From Myxococcota bacterium (GTDB taxonomy: Bacteria; Myxococcota_A; UBA9160; UBA4427), in NCBI GenBank assembly GCA_028284295.1, contig JANQSB010000068.1, forward strand, positions 5,571-69,570: a stretch of 64,000 bases of DNA, in the 5' to 3' direction. Shown piece by piece: positions 16,516-24,875 of the stretch. Position numbers and translations under genes: made by a program. Below the pieces are notes generated by a model. It saw only the letters and a program-made list of their open reading frames with translations, was not told the DNA's origin and did no database searches. Within the stretch, counting starts at the first letter, position 1, and each line of letters starts with the position of its first letter.

Positions 16516-17406
16516 TCAGTCGGGCCGGTCGTTCGGGCAGCCGCGCTCGTCGAGCATGTGACGCATCTCGTGATAGGCCGGGCCGGTCTGGAAGAGCGGG
16601 ATGCGGGGGAACAGGTGGTGGACGATGTGATACTCCATCCCCAGCGAGAGGATCGTCCCGACCGGGGATCGCCAGGCGCGCGTGTCGCGATAGCGTCCCG
16701 TCTCCTCCATGGGGTGGTGCGGTGCCCAGCTCAGGAAGATCTGGATGTAGGTCATCGCGATGTGTCGGGGCAGCCACCAGATCAGCGCCGCCTCGATCGC
16801 GTGGCCCGACCAGGCCAGGGTCGTGAGTACGAGGTAGTAGGAGAGCGAGAGGGCCGCGGCCTCGCGATAGGCCTTCGCCAGGTTGGGATCGTCGCTGCGG
16901 CCGAGGGCGTTCCGATAGCCGTGGCCCGCGCCGAACTGGCGGGTCTGGATGCCATTCCAGGCAGCTTGCCACCAGGTGTCGCCCTTGTTGCCATGGTCCG
17001 GATCCAGCTCCGGGTCGTTCGCGTGGGCGTGATGCTGCTTGTGCGTGATCCAGGCGATCCGGTACGGGAGGAGCAGCGGGATCGTCGAGACGTGCCCGAC
17101 CAGCTCGTTCAGCCAGCGGAGCTTCGATCCCTCGGTCGCGATGATGGAGTGCTGTGCTTCGTGGGAGGGCAGGTAGCAGAGGGTGATGGAGAGGGTCGAC
17201 AGGACGAAGCCCGCCCACAACGGCAGGACGCCCGAGAGGGTGAGGGGCCAGAGGGAGAGCCAGAGGACGAAGTTCCCCAGTCCCCAGGCGACCATCTCCC
17301 AGGGAACCCGGCCCATGTACTTGCGGGCGATCGCGGCCTCCTCGCGCTTCCACTCGCGGTCCTGGCGTGCGGCGCGCGCTTCCGCTGACGTGACGGCCGC
17401 GCTCAT
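16516..17406 (-). CDS. Membrane fatty-acid desaturase family protein (three His boxes), 296 aa
   Basis: Tail of ORF 16516..18138, from ATG 17406 (MSAAVTSAEA...). His boxes HEAQH, HKQHH and HIVHHLFP. Confidence 0.85.
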   Translation of the reverse strand: MSAAVTSAEARAARQDREWKREEAAIARKYMGRVPWEMVAWGLGNFVLWLSLWPLTLSGVLPLWAGFVLSTLSITLCYLPSHEAQHSIIATEGSKLRWLNELVGHVSTIPLLLPYRIAWITHKQHHAHANDPELDPDHGNKGDTWWQAAWNGIQTRQFGAGHGYRNALGRSDDPNLAKAYREAAALSLSYYLVLTTLAWSGHAIEAALIWWLPRHIAMTYIQIFLSWAPHHPMEETGRYRDTRAWRSPVGTILSLGMEYHIVHHLFPRIPLFQTGPAYHEMRHMLDERGCPNDRPD

Positions 17407-17603
17407 AGCCAGCGCCCCCTTCGCGCAGCGACGATCCCGAGGCCGATCCCCGTTGCCAGACCGAAGTGGATGGGGGCCAGGCCGAAGGGTGCGGACAGCG
17501 AGGCCGCCTCGAGCGACTGAGCGACCAGCGGAGCGAGGAACGCGACGCCGAACAGGACCGGGCCGGCCGCGGTCCGCATCGGAGTGGAACGGACGAATCT
17601 CAT
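17403..17603 (-). CDS. Small hydrophobic protein (66 aa), unknown function
   Basis: MRFVRSTPMRTAAGPVLFGVAFLAPLVAQS... has two predicted TM helices. ATGA overlaps at both ends (TetR stop and desaturase start) argue that it is translated. Confidence 0.5.
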   Translation of the reverse strand: MRFVRSTPMRTAAGPVLFGVAFLAPLVAQSLEAASLSAPFGLAPIHFGLATGIGLGIVAARRGRWL

Positions 17604-18229
17604 GACACCTTCCTTCCTTCGTCTTCCCGTGACGAAACGATGCTCGTCCGGCTGCGGTGTACGACCAGGTCGAGCACCGAGTCCGCGAGAGCGTCCACGT
17701 CGTCCACGTCGAATGCCCACGCCGAGTCGGCGAGGAGCTGCGCGGTGCCCATGGCGGCCGCGCAGCTGAAGGCGAGCAGGGTCTCGACCGGAACCTCCGG
17801 GTGCCAACCCGACGCGCGCGCGGCCTCGACGCCCTCTCGCAGGGTCGCGACCCAGGCCGCGCGGGCTTCCCGCAGCTCGTCGTCGGCGTGAGCCTGGACC
17901 TCGGGGTGGTTGATGGCCCGGAAGCACGAGGGGTTGTCGCGCGCGAACTGAACGTACGAGCGCCCGAGAGCGCGGTAGCGCGCGACCGGGTCGGCCCCCG
18001 CCGCCTCGGCGCCCGCGTGCATGGCCGCAAGGCTGAGGCGGAAGCCCTCCTTGGCCAGCTCGCCGAGCAGGGCGCGCCGATCCGCGAAGTGCGCACGCGG
18101 CGCGGCGTGCGAGACGCCGAGGTCACGGGCCAGCGCACGCAGGCTCAACGCCTCGATGCCCCGCTCCGCGATCACCTCGGCGGCCCGCTCGAGGAGCGCC
18201 TGTCTCAGATTCCCGTGGTGGTAGGCCAA
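17600..18229 (-). CDS. TetR-family transcriptional regulator
   Basis: 209 aa, TTG start. HGNLRQALLERAAEVIAERGIEALSLRALARDLGVSHAAPRAHF. Confidence 0.9.
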   Translation of the reverse strand: MAYHHGNLRQALLERAAEVIAERGIEALSLRALARDLGVSHAAPRAHFADRRALLGELAKEGFRLSLAAMHAGAEAAGADPVARYRALGRSYVQFARDNPSCFRAINHPEVQAHADDELREARAAWVATLREGVEAARASGWHPEVPVETLLAFSCAAAMGTAQLLADSAWAFDVDDVDALADSVLDLVVHRSRTSIVSSREDEGRKVS

Positions 18230-18252
18230 GCTGCCCCGCCCGATCTATTCAC

Positions 18253-18284
18253 TGACAAGATGGGCTGGACGAGGCATCTTGTCA
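18253..18284. promoter_or_regulatory. Perfect 10-bp inverted repeat TGACAAGATG-N12-CATCTTGTCA (operator or terminator hairpin)
   Basis: Read directly. The right arm overlaps the stop codon of the TetR at 18282. The left arm lies 24 nt upstream of the TetR start at 18229. Confidence 0.4.
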
Positions 18285-18881
18285 ACGCCTAGTTTGGCTG
18301 TTCCCGGCGAGCCCCTCGATCACCTGGCGGATCGAACGCTCGATCGCAGCGTTCGAGATGCGGGGCCGGCGATGGAGCGAGGCCAGCGCGGCTTCCGCCA
18401 GCGCTGCGTTCACGAAGCGGGCGGCGAGCTCCGGCGACTCGACCCGGACCTCCCCCGCGCGCGCGGCTCGCTCGATGGCGCGCACCATCAAGCCGAGGCT
18501 GGTGTGGGCTTCCAGGTCGCGTGCGCGCTTCCAGCCCAGCACCTGGGGCCCCTGCTCGATCACGATGGCGGCGACGGCGGGCTTCCGCACCTCGCGCAGC
18601 CAACGCAGGCAGACCTGCACGAGGCTCTCGAGAGGGGAGTCGGACTCCGGCGCCCCCCGCATGGCGCGCTCGATCGCGGCGTCCGAGACCCGTTGGAAGA
18701 CGGCTTCGAAGACCGCCTGCTTCGTCGGAAAGTGGTGATAGAGGGCGCCGCGACTGATCGCGGACGCCTGCAGGATGGCCTCGGTCGAGGTCGCCTCGTA
18801 ACCCTCGGCTGCAAAGAGGGCTTCGGCGGCATCGAGCAGGCGGGCCCGGGTGGCGGCGCGACGCTCTGCCTGGGTGGGCAT
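18282..18881 (-). CDS. TetR-family transcriptional regulator
   Basis: 199 aa. RARLLDAAEALFAAEGYEATSTEAILQASAISRGALYHHF. Confidence 0.9.
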   Translation of the reverse strand: MPTQAERRAATRARLLDAAEALFAAEGYEATSTEAILQASAISRGALYHHFPTKQAVFEAVFQRVSDAAIERAMRGAPESDSPLESLVQVCLRWLREVRKPAVAAIVIEQGPQVLGWKRARDLEAHTSLGLMVRAIERAARAGEVRVESPELAARFVNAALAEAALASLHRRPRISNAAIERSIRQVIEGLAGNSQTRR

Positions 18882-18889
18882 GCTCCCAC

Positions 18890-18938
18890 TTTACAGACTC
18901 TCCGTCGGTTTGCTAAAAACAGACAGACAGTCTGTAAA
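18890..18938. promoter_or_regulatory. Candidate TetR operator pair: TTTACAGACT ... AGTCTGTAAA, with inner palindrome ACAGAC-a-GTCTGT (18923-18935)
   Basis: 10-bp perfect inverted arms at 18890-18899 and 18929-18938, in the divergent TetR/NTF2-like intergenic region. AT-rich relative to the surroundings. Confidence 0.45.
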
Positions 18939-18948
18939 TGGAGGCCCC

Positions 18949-19317
18949 ATGGCTCGCTACCCCGAATCCCTCGACCACATGCTCGCCGCCTGGAACGAGC
19001 GCCACCCCGAGCGCGTGCGCGCCCACCTCGAGAAGGCGCTGTCACCCGAGGTCGTCTTCATCGATCCCAGCATCGTGACGCGCGGCATCGACGAGTTCGA
19101 GGCCAACGTCCACGAGGTGCATGGACGCCTGCCCCGTGCGGAATACCGTCGTGCCAGTGGCGTCGATCTCCACCACGACGTGGTGCGATACGCCTGGGAG
19201 ATCCACCGCGACGGCGAGCTGGTCCTGCCCGGCTTCGACGTCACCGAGCTCGACGAAGAGGGGCGGGTGCTTCGGGTGCTCGGCTTCTTCGGGCCCCTCC
19301 CCGCGAGCGAGGACTGA
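18949..19317 (+). CDS. NTF2/SnoaL-like small protein (122 aa)
   Basis: ORF 18850..19317 trimmed to ATG 18949, behind GGAGG. Size and pattern (HPERVRAHLEKALSPEVVFIDP...EFEANV...) fit SnoaL-like folds. The assignment is tentative. Confidence 0.55.
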   Translation: MARYPESLDHMLAAWNERHPERVRAHLEKALSPEVVFIDPSIVTRGIDEFEANVHEVHGRLPRAEYRRASGVDLHHDVVRYAWEIHRDGELVLPGFDVTELDEEGRVLRVLGFFGPLPASED

Positions 19318-19320
19318 TTC

Positions 19321-19359
19321 GCCAGGCCCCCGGGTGGATTGGTGGGGCGGGGGCCTGGC
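19321..19359. terminator. Bidirectional terminator-like hairpin between convergent genes
   Basis: GCCAGGCCCCCG (19321-19332) pairs perfectly with CGGGGGCCTGGC (19348-19359) across a 15-nt loop. It lies between the stop at 19317 (+) and the stop at 19367 (-). No U-tract. Confidence 0.5.
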
Positions 19360-19366
19360 GACCCGG

Positions 19367-20833
19367 CTACTGGCCCTGCGCCATCGAATAGCCGGGTTCA
19401 GCGTCCGCGAGCTCGTACAGGTTCTCGGTCTTGATCACCTCGAGGCCCGCCTGGTGGATCCGGTCCAGGAGCTTCAGCACGTCGCCGTAGTCCGTGGCTC
19501 GACATCCCATGAAGCGGCAGCGCCAATGGTCGGTGCGGAGCGTCTCGGAGAGGCCTTCGGGAAAGACCTTCACGCCCCGATTCGTGATCACGCGCAGATC
19601 GAAGGCCGCGTCCGCCAGCGGACCGAGTCGACGCCCGAGCTCGTCGGGGTCGCGATCGGCTTCCGACCACGCGAGGAACACGTCCACGCCCGCCAGGCGG
19701 CGCGGGCCGGGCGGCTCCGCGCGCCATTCGGGGAGCAGGAACCCGGTGCCCGTGTAGCGGACGGGCTCGAGGCGCTCGGGCAGCACCCCGAGTCGCTCGA
19801 TCACGGCGCGGGTGAAGGTCTCCGTGTCGGCGTGGATGCGCGAGAGGCCCTCGCGGTAGATGTCGGCCGTGTGGATCCCGTCCTCCAGGGTGCGGAGCCA
19901 CGCGTTCTTGATCTTCGTCGCGTGGGAGGACAGCCCGAGGTGGACCAGCATCTGGGTGGCCGCGACGATCAGGCCCGAGGGGTTGGCGACTCCCTTGCCC
20001 GCGATGTCGGGAGCCGACCCGTGGACCGCCTCGAACATCGCCGCATGGCGACCCACGTTCGTCGAGCCCGCGAGTCCGATCGAGCCGGCGACCTGCGCGG
20101 CGATGTCCGAGAGGATGTCGCCATAGAGGTTCAGCGTGACGATGACCTCGTAGCGCTCGGGCTGCGCCGCGACGCGTGCCGCGCCGATGTCGATGATCTC
20201 GTGGTGGGCCTCGATGTCGCCGTATTCAGCGGACACCTCCTCGAAGATCCGATGGAAGAGCCCATCGGTCATCTTCATGATGTTGTCCTTGGTCATGCAG
20301 GTGACCCGGCGTCGGCCGTAGGCCCGCGCGTACTCGAAGGCGTAGCGGATGATGCTCTCGCAGCCGGGCCGCGTGACGAGCTTGAGGCACTGCACGACCT
20401 CGTCGGTCTGCTGGTGCTCGATGCCGGCGTAGAGGTCCTCTTCGTTCTCCCGGATGATCACCAGGTTCATGCCCGGGTGGTTCGAGCTGACGAAGGGGCT
20501 GTACGCCTTGCACTGACGCACGTTGGCGAAGAGGCCGAGCGACTTCCGCAACGTGACGTTGACGCTCTTGTAGCCGCCGCCCTGGGGCGTCGTCATGGGT
20601 CCTTTGAGCAGGGTGGGGTGGGCGCGGAGCAGCTCCCAGGCGCGCTCGGGCACCCCCGAAGGCTCGCCGGCCTCGTAGGCGGCCTGGCCGAGTACTACGC
20701 TCTCGGTCTTCAGGGGAACCCGCGCGGCATCGAGGATGCACATCGTCGCATCCATGATCTCGGGGCCGATGCCGTCCCCCGGTGCCAGAACGATCGTTGC
20801 CGGTTCCTGTCGCGCTTGGTCGATGGGGTCCAT
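19367..20833 (-). CDS. icd: Isocitrate dehydrogenase (isocitrate/isopropylmalate dehydrogenase family) with a ~130-aa C-terminal extension, 488 aa
   Basis: ORF trimmed to ATG 20833, behind GGAGG. PGDGIGPEIM, NLVIIRENEEDLYAGIE, TLNLYGDILSDIAA and GSAPDIAGKGVANP motifs. Confidence 0.9.
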   Translation of the reverse strand: MDPIDQARQEPATIVLAPGDGIGPEIMDATMCILDAARVPLKTESVVLGQAAYEAGEPSGVPERAWELLRAHPTLLKGPMTTPQGGGYKSVNVTLRKSLGLFANVRQCKAYSPFVSSNHPGMNLVIIRENEEDLYAGIEHQQTDEVVQCLKLVTRPGCESIIRYAFEYARAYGRRRVTCMTKDNIMKMTDGLFHRIFEEVSAEYGDIEAHHEIIDIGAARVAAQPERYEVIVTLNLYGDILSDIAAQVAGSIGLAGSTNVGRHAAMFEAVHGSAPDIAGKGVANPSGLIVAATQMLVHLGLSSHATKIKNAWLRTLEDGIHTADIYREGLSRIHADTETFTRAVIERLGVLPERLEPVRYTGTGFLLPEWRAEPPGPRRLAGVDVFLAWSEADRDPDELGRRLGPLADAAFDLRVITNRGVKVFPEGLSETLRTDHWRCRFMGCRATDYGDVLKLLDRIHQAGLEVIKTENLYELADAEPGYSMAQGQ

Positions 20834-20927
20834 GGGCCTCCGCTTCGGGCGCAACCGGTAACATCGGCGAGTCCGGACCTATAGGCGAGTAGGAATTTTC
20901 ACGTCTTCATATAGGTTTTGTCGAAGC

Positions 20928-22376
20928 ATGATCTACGAAGCGACCCGGGAGAGCGTGCAACGACACCCCGTTCCGACGTGGTTCGACGACGCCAAGCTCG
21001 GGGTCTTCATCCACTGGGGCGTCTACAGCGTTCCGGGCTACGCGCCGCGAGGCGCCCCCTCCGCGGTGTACTCGCGTGCCGGGCAGGCGGCGTCTCCCTA
21101 CGCCGAGTGGTACTGGAACTCCCTGAAGCTCCCGGACAGCGCCGTTCGCGCACACCACCGGAAGACCCATGGAGACGCGTCCTACGAGAGCTTCGCGGCC
21201 GACTTCCGGAAGGCGCTGGAAGGATGGGACCCCCGAGCCTGGGCGAAGTCCTTTCGGGATGCCGGGGCCCGTTACGTGGTGCTCGTCACCAAGCATCACG
21301 ACGGTTTCTGTCTCTGGCCCAGCGCGGTGCGGCACCCCGACCCGTCCCGGCGGGACTGGAACGCCGGTCGCGACCTGGTGGGCGAGCTGGCGGCCTGCGT
21401 CCGGGCGGAGGGACTGCGCTTCGGCGTCTACTACTCCGGTGGACTGGACTGGACCTTCAACGATCGCCCGCTGCGTGGCGTCGCGGATCTCATGGCGGGC
21501 ATGCCGGATGGCGAGTATGCGGGCTATGCGACCGCTCAGGTGCGCGAGCTCATCGAGCGCTACGCCCCCGAGGTCCTGTGGAACGACATCAGCTGGCCGA
21601 CTGGGCGCCAGGAGCTCTTTCGCCTCGTCGCGGACTACTACAACGCGGTTCCCGAAGGGGTGATCAACGACCGCTGGATGCACCGGACCCTCGCGGTTCC
21701 CCTCTTGCGGATCGGGCCGATCCTCTGGCTCGCGAACCTGCTGGTGCGGCGTTGGATGGTCCAGGAAGAGGGGCTCGGCTCGCCCCCTGCACCCAGTGTC
21801 TACGACTACCGCACGCCCGAGTACTCCTCGTATGCGGAGACCCAGTCCGGGAAGTGGGAGTGCGCCCGGGGAATCGACAAGAGCTTCGCCTTCAATCGGA
21901 ACTCGCGGCCCGAGGACTTCCTGTCGCACGAAGAGCTGCTGCACGACTTCGTGGATGCGGTCTCCAAGAACGGGAATCTGCTGATCAACGTCGGGCCGCG
22001 GGGTGAGGACGCCCGGATCCCGGAGCTGCAGCTCGAGAGGCTCCGGTGGCTCGGGGACTTCCTGCGCGACTGCGGCGAGGCGATCCACGGCTCTCGCCCC
22101 TGGAAGCGGGCCGAGGGCGAGACCCGCGAGGGCGTCCCGGTTCGCTTCACCACACGGGCGGGCATTCTGTACGCGACCCTCCTGGGGACGCCGACCGGTC
22201 GGACGGTGACCTTCGTCGATGTTCCGACCGCGGACCCCGCTGCGGTGGCACTGCTGGGGGACCCGCGACCCCCTCGCGCCGCGCGCGTGGGCGACGGAGA
22301 CATGAGGGTCGAGATCGGCTCGAACTGGCCCGATCGTCCCGCACACGGTCTGCGTCTGGGGCCGGCCTGGATCTGA
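20928..22376 (+). CDS. Alpha-L-fucosidase (GH29)
   Basis: 482 aa. WFDDAKLGVFIHWGVYSVPGY and YVVLVTKHHDGFCLWPS are GH29 signatures. Confidence 0.9.
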   Translation: MIYEATRESVQRHPVPTWFDDAKLGVFIHWGVYSVPGYAPRGAPSAVYSRAGQAASPYAEWYWNSLKLPDSAVRAHHRKTHGDASYESFAADFRKALEGWDPRAWAKSFRDAGARYVVLVTKHHDGFCLWPSAVRHPDPSRRDWNAGRDLVGELAACVRAEGLRFGVYYSGGLDWTFNDRPLRGVADLMAGMPDGEYAGYATAQVRELIERYAPEVLWNDISWPTGRQELFRLVADYYNAVPEGVINDRWMHRTLAVPLLRIGPILWLANLLVRRWMVQEEGLGSPPAPSVYDYRTPEYSSYAETQSGKWECARGIDKSFAFNRNSRPEDFLSHEELLHDFVDAVSKNGNLLINVGPRGEDARIPELQLERLRWLGDFLRDCGEAIHGSRPWKRAEGETREGVPVRFTTRAGILYATLLGTPTGRTVTFVDVPTADPAAVALLGDPRPPRAARVGDGDMRVEIGSNWPDRPAHGLRLGPAWI

Positions 22377-22411
22377 GCCGCTCGGGGACCTGCGCCCCGT
22401 CGGGTCCGCCT

Positions 22412-23179
22412 TCAGACCGGTCGCACCTCGGCGAGGCGCCGGATCGCGTACTCGTCGTCCCAGCACACGGCGGCCTCCCATGCGGCCGATGCCTGCGCGG
22501 CGACGTCGTATGCGTCGTCGTCGAGACCGGCCGCATTGTGAGGAAGCACCAGGTCGAGGTCGGGAACGTCGACGTGCGCCTCGTCCCAATCGATCAGCGC
22601 GACGCGGTCCGGGGTGACGCGGACGTTGCCCGGATTGTTGGAATCGCCGTGGACGACGCAGGTCGGGCGCCCCGACAGTCGGCTCCACGCGGCTCGGCAG
22701 CGCGCGACGCCTTCCCTCGGCATCGCACCGAGGTCGACCTTCGTCCCGGTCTCGGCGTGGAGGAGCTCGGTCGAAGATCGCCAGCCCGGGCGCTGCGGCC
22801 AGTCCTCCGTCAGCTGGTGCAGCTTGCGGAGCGTCGCCGCCACGCGACGCCAGTCGGCCTCCGTCTCGGGGGGCCCGCCCTCCACCCAGCTCATCACCAC
22901 CAGGCCCTCGGCGAAGAGGCGCCCGTCCGTGGTCGGGATCGGCACGGGCACGCTGAGGCCCTCCCGGTCCAGGTGCTGGACGAGCTCGGTCTCCCACGCG
23001 AGGTCGGCGTCGCTCCTCGTGCCGAGCCGACCGACCGCGAGACGGCCATCCACGCGGACCCGCCACACCTCGTTGGCGACTCCGCCCGTGAGTGGCTCGA
23101 TGCGAGTGGCGTCATCTCCCCATTGCCCGAGTGCATCCCACCCCACGGCCTCGTCCTCGCAAGATTCCGGCCGCCTCAC
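22412..23179 (-). CDS. APH-fold phosphotransferase
   Basis: 255 aa. LTGGVANEVWRV (nucleotide loop) and VVHGDSNNPGNVRV...LIDWDEA catalytic motifs. Confidence 0.75.
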   Translation of the reverse strand: MRRPESCEDEAVGWDALGQWGDDATRIEPLTGGVANEVWRVRVDGRLAVGRLGTRSDADLAWETELVQHLDREGLSVPVPIPTTDGRLFAEGLVVMSWVEGGPPETEADWRRVAATLRKLHQLTEDWPQRPGWRSSTELLHAETGTKVDLGAMPREGVARCRAAWSRLSGRPTCVVHGDSNNPGNVRVTPDRVALIDWDEAHVDVPDLDLVLPHNAAGLDDDAYDVAAQASAAWEAAVCWDDEYAIRRLAEVRPV

Positions 23180-23268
23180 GGCAGCAGATCGACGCCTAAC
23201 CGTTGGCGCCGCGGCAGAGTACCTTCGCTCTCGGCCTCGGGGACCCGGCCGAGCGGAGGAGTCGGAAC

Positions 23269-23601
23269 ATGGATCAGTACGCCTGCATCATCCAGGAAGG
23301 CCAGGCTGCCGATCAGCGCATCGATGCGCTCGAGACCGGCCTCAAGCGGCTCGCCAGCGAGTTCTTCGGCGACGACCCGGCGGAGGTGGGCATTCGCTGG
23401 ACGCGCCAGGCCCGGGGCTGGGCGTGGACGGCGGGAGAGCCCAGCACTTCGTCGATCGTCGTCCGGTCGGTTCCCGTGGGCTGGGACGACGGCGAGCGGG
23501 AGAAGTTCCTCCGCGCCGTCTGCGACCTCTGGGTCGACACCACCGGGTGCTCCATCAACGAGATCGTGGCGACGGCCTACGACGGGCCGCTTCCACTCTA
23601 G
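23269..23601 (+). CDS. Tautomerase-superfamily-like paralog lacking Pro-1 (110 aa)
   Basis: ORF 23203..23601 trimmed to ATG 23269 (MDQYACIIQEG...). Its N terminus parallels that of the next gene (MPLYRCAIREG...). Confidence 0.5.
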   Translation: MDQYACIIQEGQAADQRIDALETGLKRLASEFFGDDPAEVGIRWTRQARGWAWTAGEPSTSSIVVRSVPVGWDDGEREKFLRAVCDLWVDTTGCSINEIVATAYDGPLPL

Positions 23602-23616
23602 AGGCGAGGTTTTCGC

Positions 23617-24006
23617 ATGCCCCTGTATCGATGCGCGATTCGAGAAGGCCTGAGCAACGAGTCCCAGCGAGAGCAGATCGCGAAGGAGGTCGTCCGGATC
23701 CACTGCGGCGTCACCGGAGCTCCGCCCTCGTTCGTCCACGCCTTCTTCCAGGAGCGCCCCTCCTCCCAGCTTCCGGAGGGCCAGGTGGCCTTCGTACTGG
23801 GGACGATCCGTTGGGGGCGGACGGACGAGCAGAAGGCGGAGATCGTCTCCGAGCTGCGTCGCAGCGTCGCCAGCGCCCTCGGTCGCGCCGATGGCGAGGT
23901 CGGCGTCGTCACCGTCGACATCCCCTCGAAGTGGAACATGGAGGGCGGGTCTCTTCTCCCGGAGCCGGGCGAGGAGGCCGCGTGGCTCGAGGCGCATCGC
24001 TCCTAG
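23617..24006 (+). CDS. Tautomerase-superfamily protein (Tautomerase_3/cis-CaaD-size) with N-terminal Pro-1, 129 aa
   Basis: MPLYRCAIREGLSNESQREQIAKEVVRIHCGVTGAPPSFVHAFFQE. Met-Pro start and beta-alpha-beta-like pattern. Confidence 0.65.
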   Translation: MPLYRCAIREGLSNESQREQIAKEVVRIHCGVTGAPPSFVHAFFQERPSSQLPEGQVAFVLGTIRWGRTDEQKAEIVSELRRSVASALGRADGEVGVVTVDIPSKWNMEGGSLLPEPGEEAAWLEAHRS

Positions 24007-24026
24007 CGGAGCCGCCCCGGGGATCG

Positions 24027-24821
24027 TCAGCTCGACGCGTCCGGGAAGAAGTTCGGCTCGCGCTTCTCGAGGAAGGCGCTCATGCCTTCGCGCATCTCGG
24101 CGTTGCCCATGCCGCGGCGCACCTCGCGACGCTCGACCTGAAGCGCCTCTGCGAGACTCGCCTCCTCGGCCCCGACCACACAGCGAAGCACCGAGGCGAC
24201 GGCCAGCGGCGGGCGCCGGGAGAGCTCGTGTGCCAGCTCCTGGGCCTTCTGCTGCAGCTCGTCGTTCGGCCAGACCTCGTGGACCAGCCCGATGCGCAGG
24301 GCCTCTGGGCCGGAGATCATCTTGACGCGCAGGATGATGTCGAGAGCGGCCGCGCGGCCGACGCATCGCGTGAGCCTCGCGGTTCCCCCCCAGGCGGGCA
24401 CGCCCCCGATGTCGAGCTCCGGCAGGCCGATCTTCGCGCCCTCGGCGGCAGCCAGCCGGAAGTGGCAGCCGAGCGGAAGCTCCAGGCCGCCCCCCAGGCA
24501 GTAGCCGTAGAGGGTGGCGATCCAGGGCTTGTTCATGTTCTCGATCTTCGAGATGACCCGTAGCCGCTGATCCAGGACCGCTTCGAAGCTGCCCTTCCGC
24601 CGGATGCCCTCCGGCATCTGCTTCAGGTTCATGCCGACCGAAAAGTGCTCCTCGCCGGCGCCGCGGATCACGACGGCACCCACCGAGTCGTCCTTGTCGA
24701 GTGCGTCGACCTGCTCCTCCAGCGCGTCCATGAAGTCGAGGCTCATCCGATTGCGCGGTGCGTCGTCGTTGATCAACGTCACGACGCGGCCGTCGCGTTC
24801 GACGATCAGTGCGTCTCCCAT
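24027..24821 (-). CDS. Enoyl-CoA hydratase/isomerase (crotonase) family
   Basis: 264 aa. VVIRGAGEEHFSVGMNLKQ and ATLYGYCLGGGLELPLGCHFRLAA. Confidence 0.9.
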   Translation of the reverse strand: MGDALIVERDGRVVTLINDDAPRNRMSLDFMDALEEQVDALDKDDSVGAVVIRGAGEEHFSVGMNLKQMPEGIRRKGSFEAVLDQRLRVISKIENMNKPWIATLYGYCLGGGLELPLGCHFRLAAAEGAKIGLPELDIGGVPAWGGTARLTRCVGRAAALDIILRVKMISGPEALRIGLVHEVWPNDELQQKAQELAHELSRRPPLAVASVLRCVVGAEEASLAEALQVERREVRRGMGNAEMREGMSAFLEKREPNFFPDASS

Positions 24822-24875
24822 GTCTTCGTCTTCCTCCGGTTGGGGGCGGGCGACTCGCGTGGCGGGCCATGCGGA

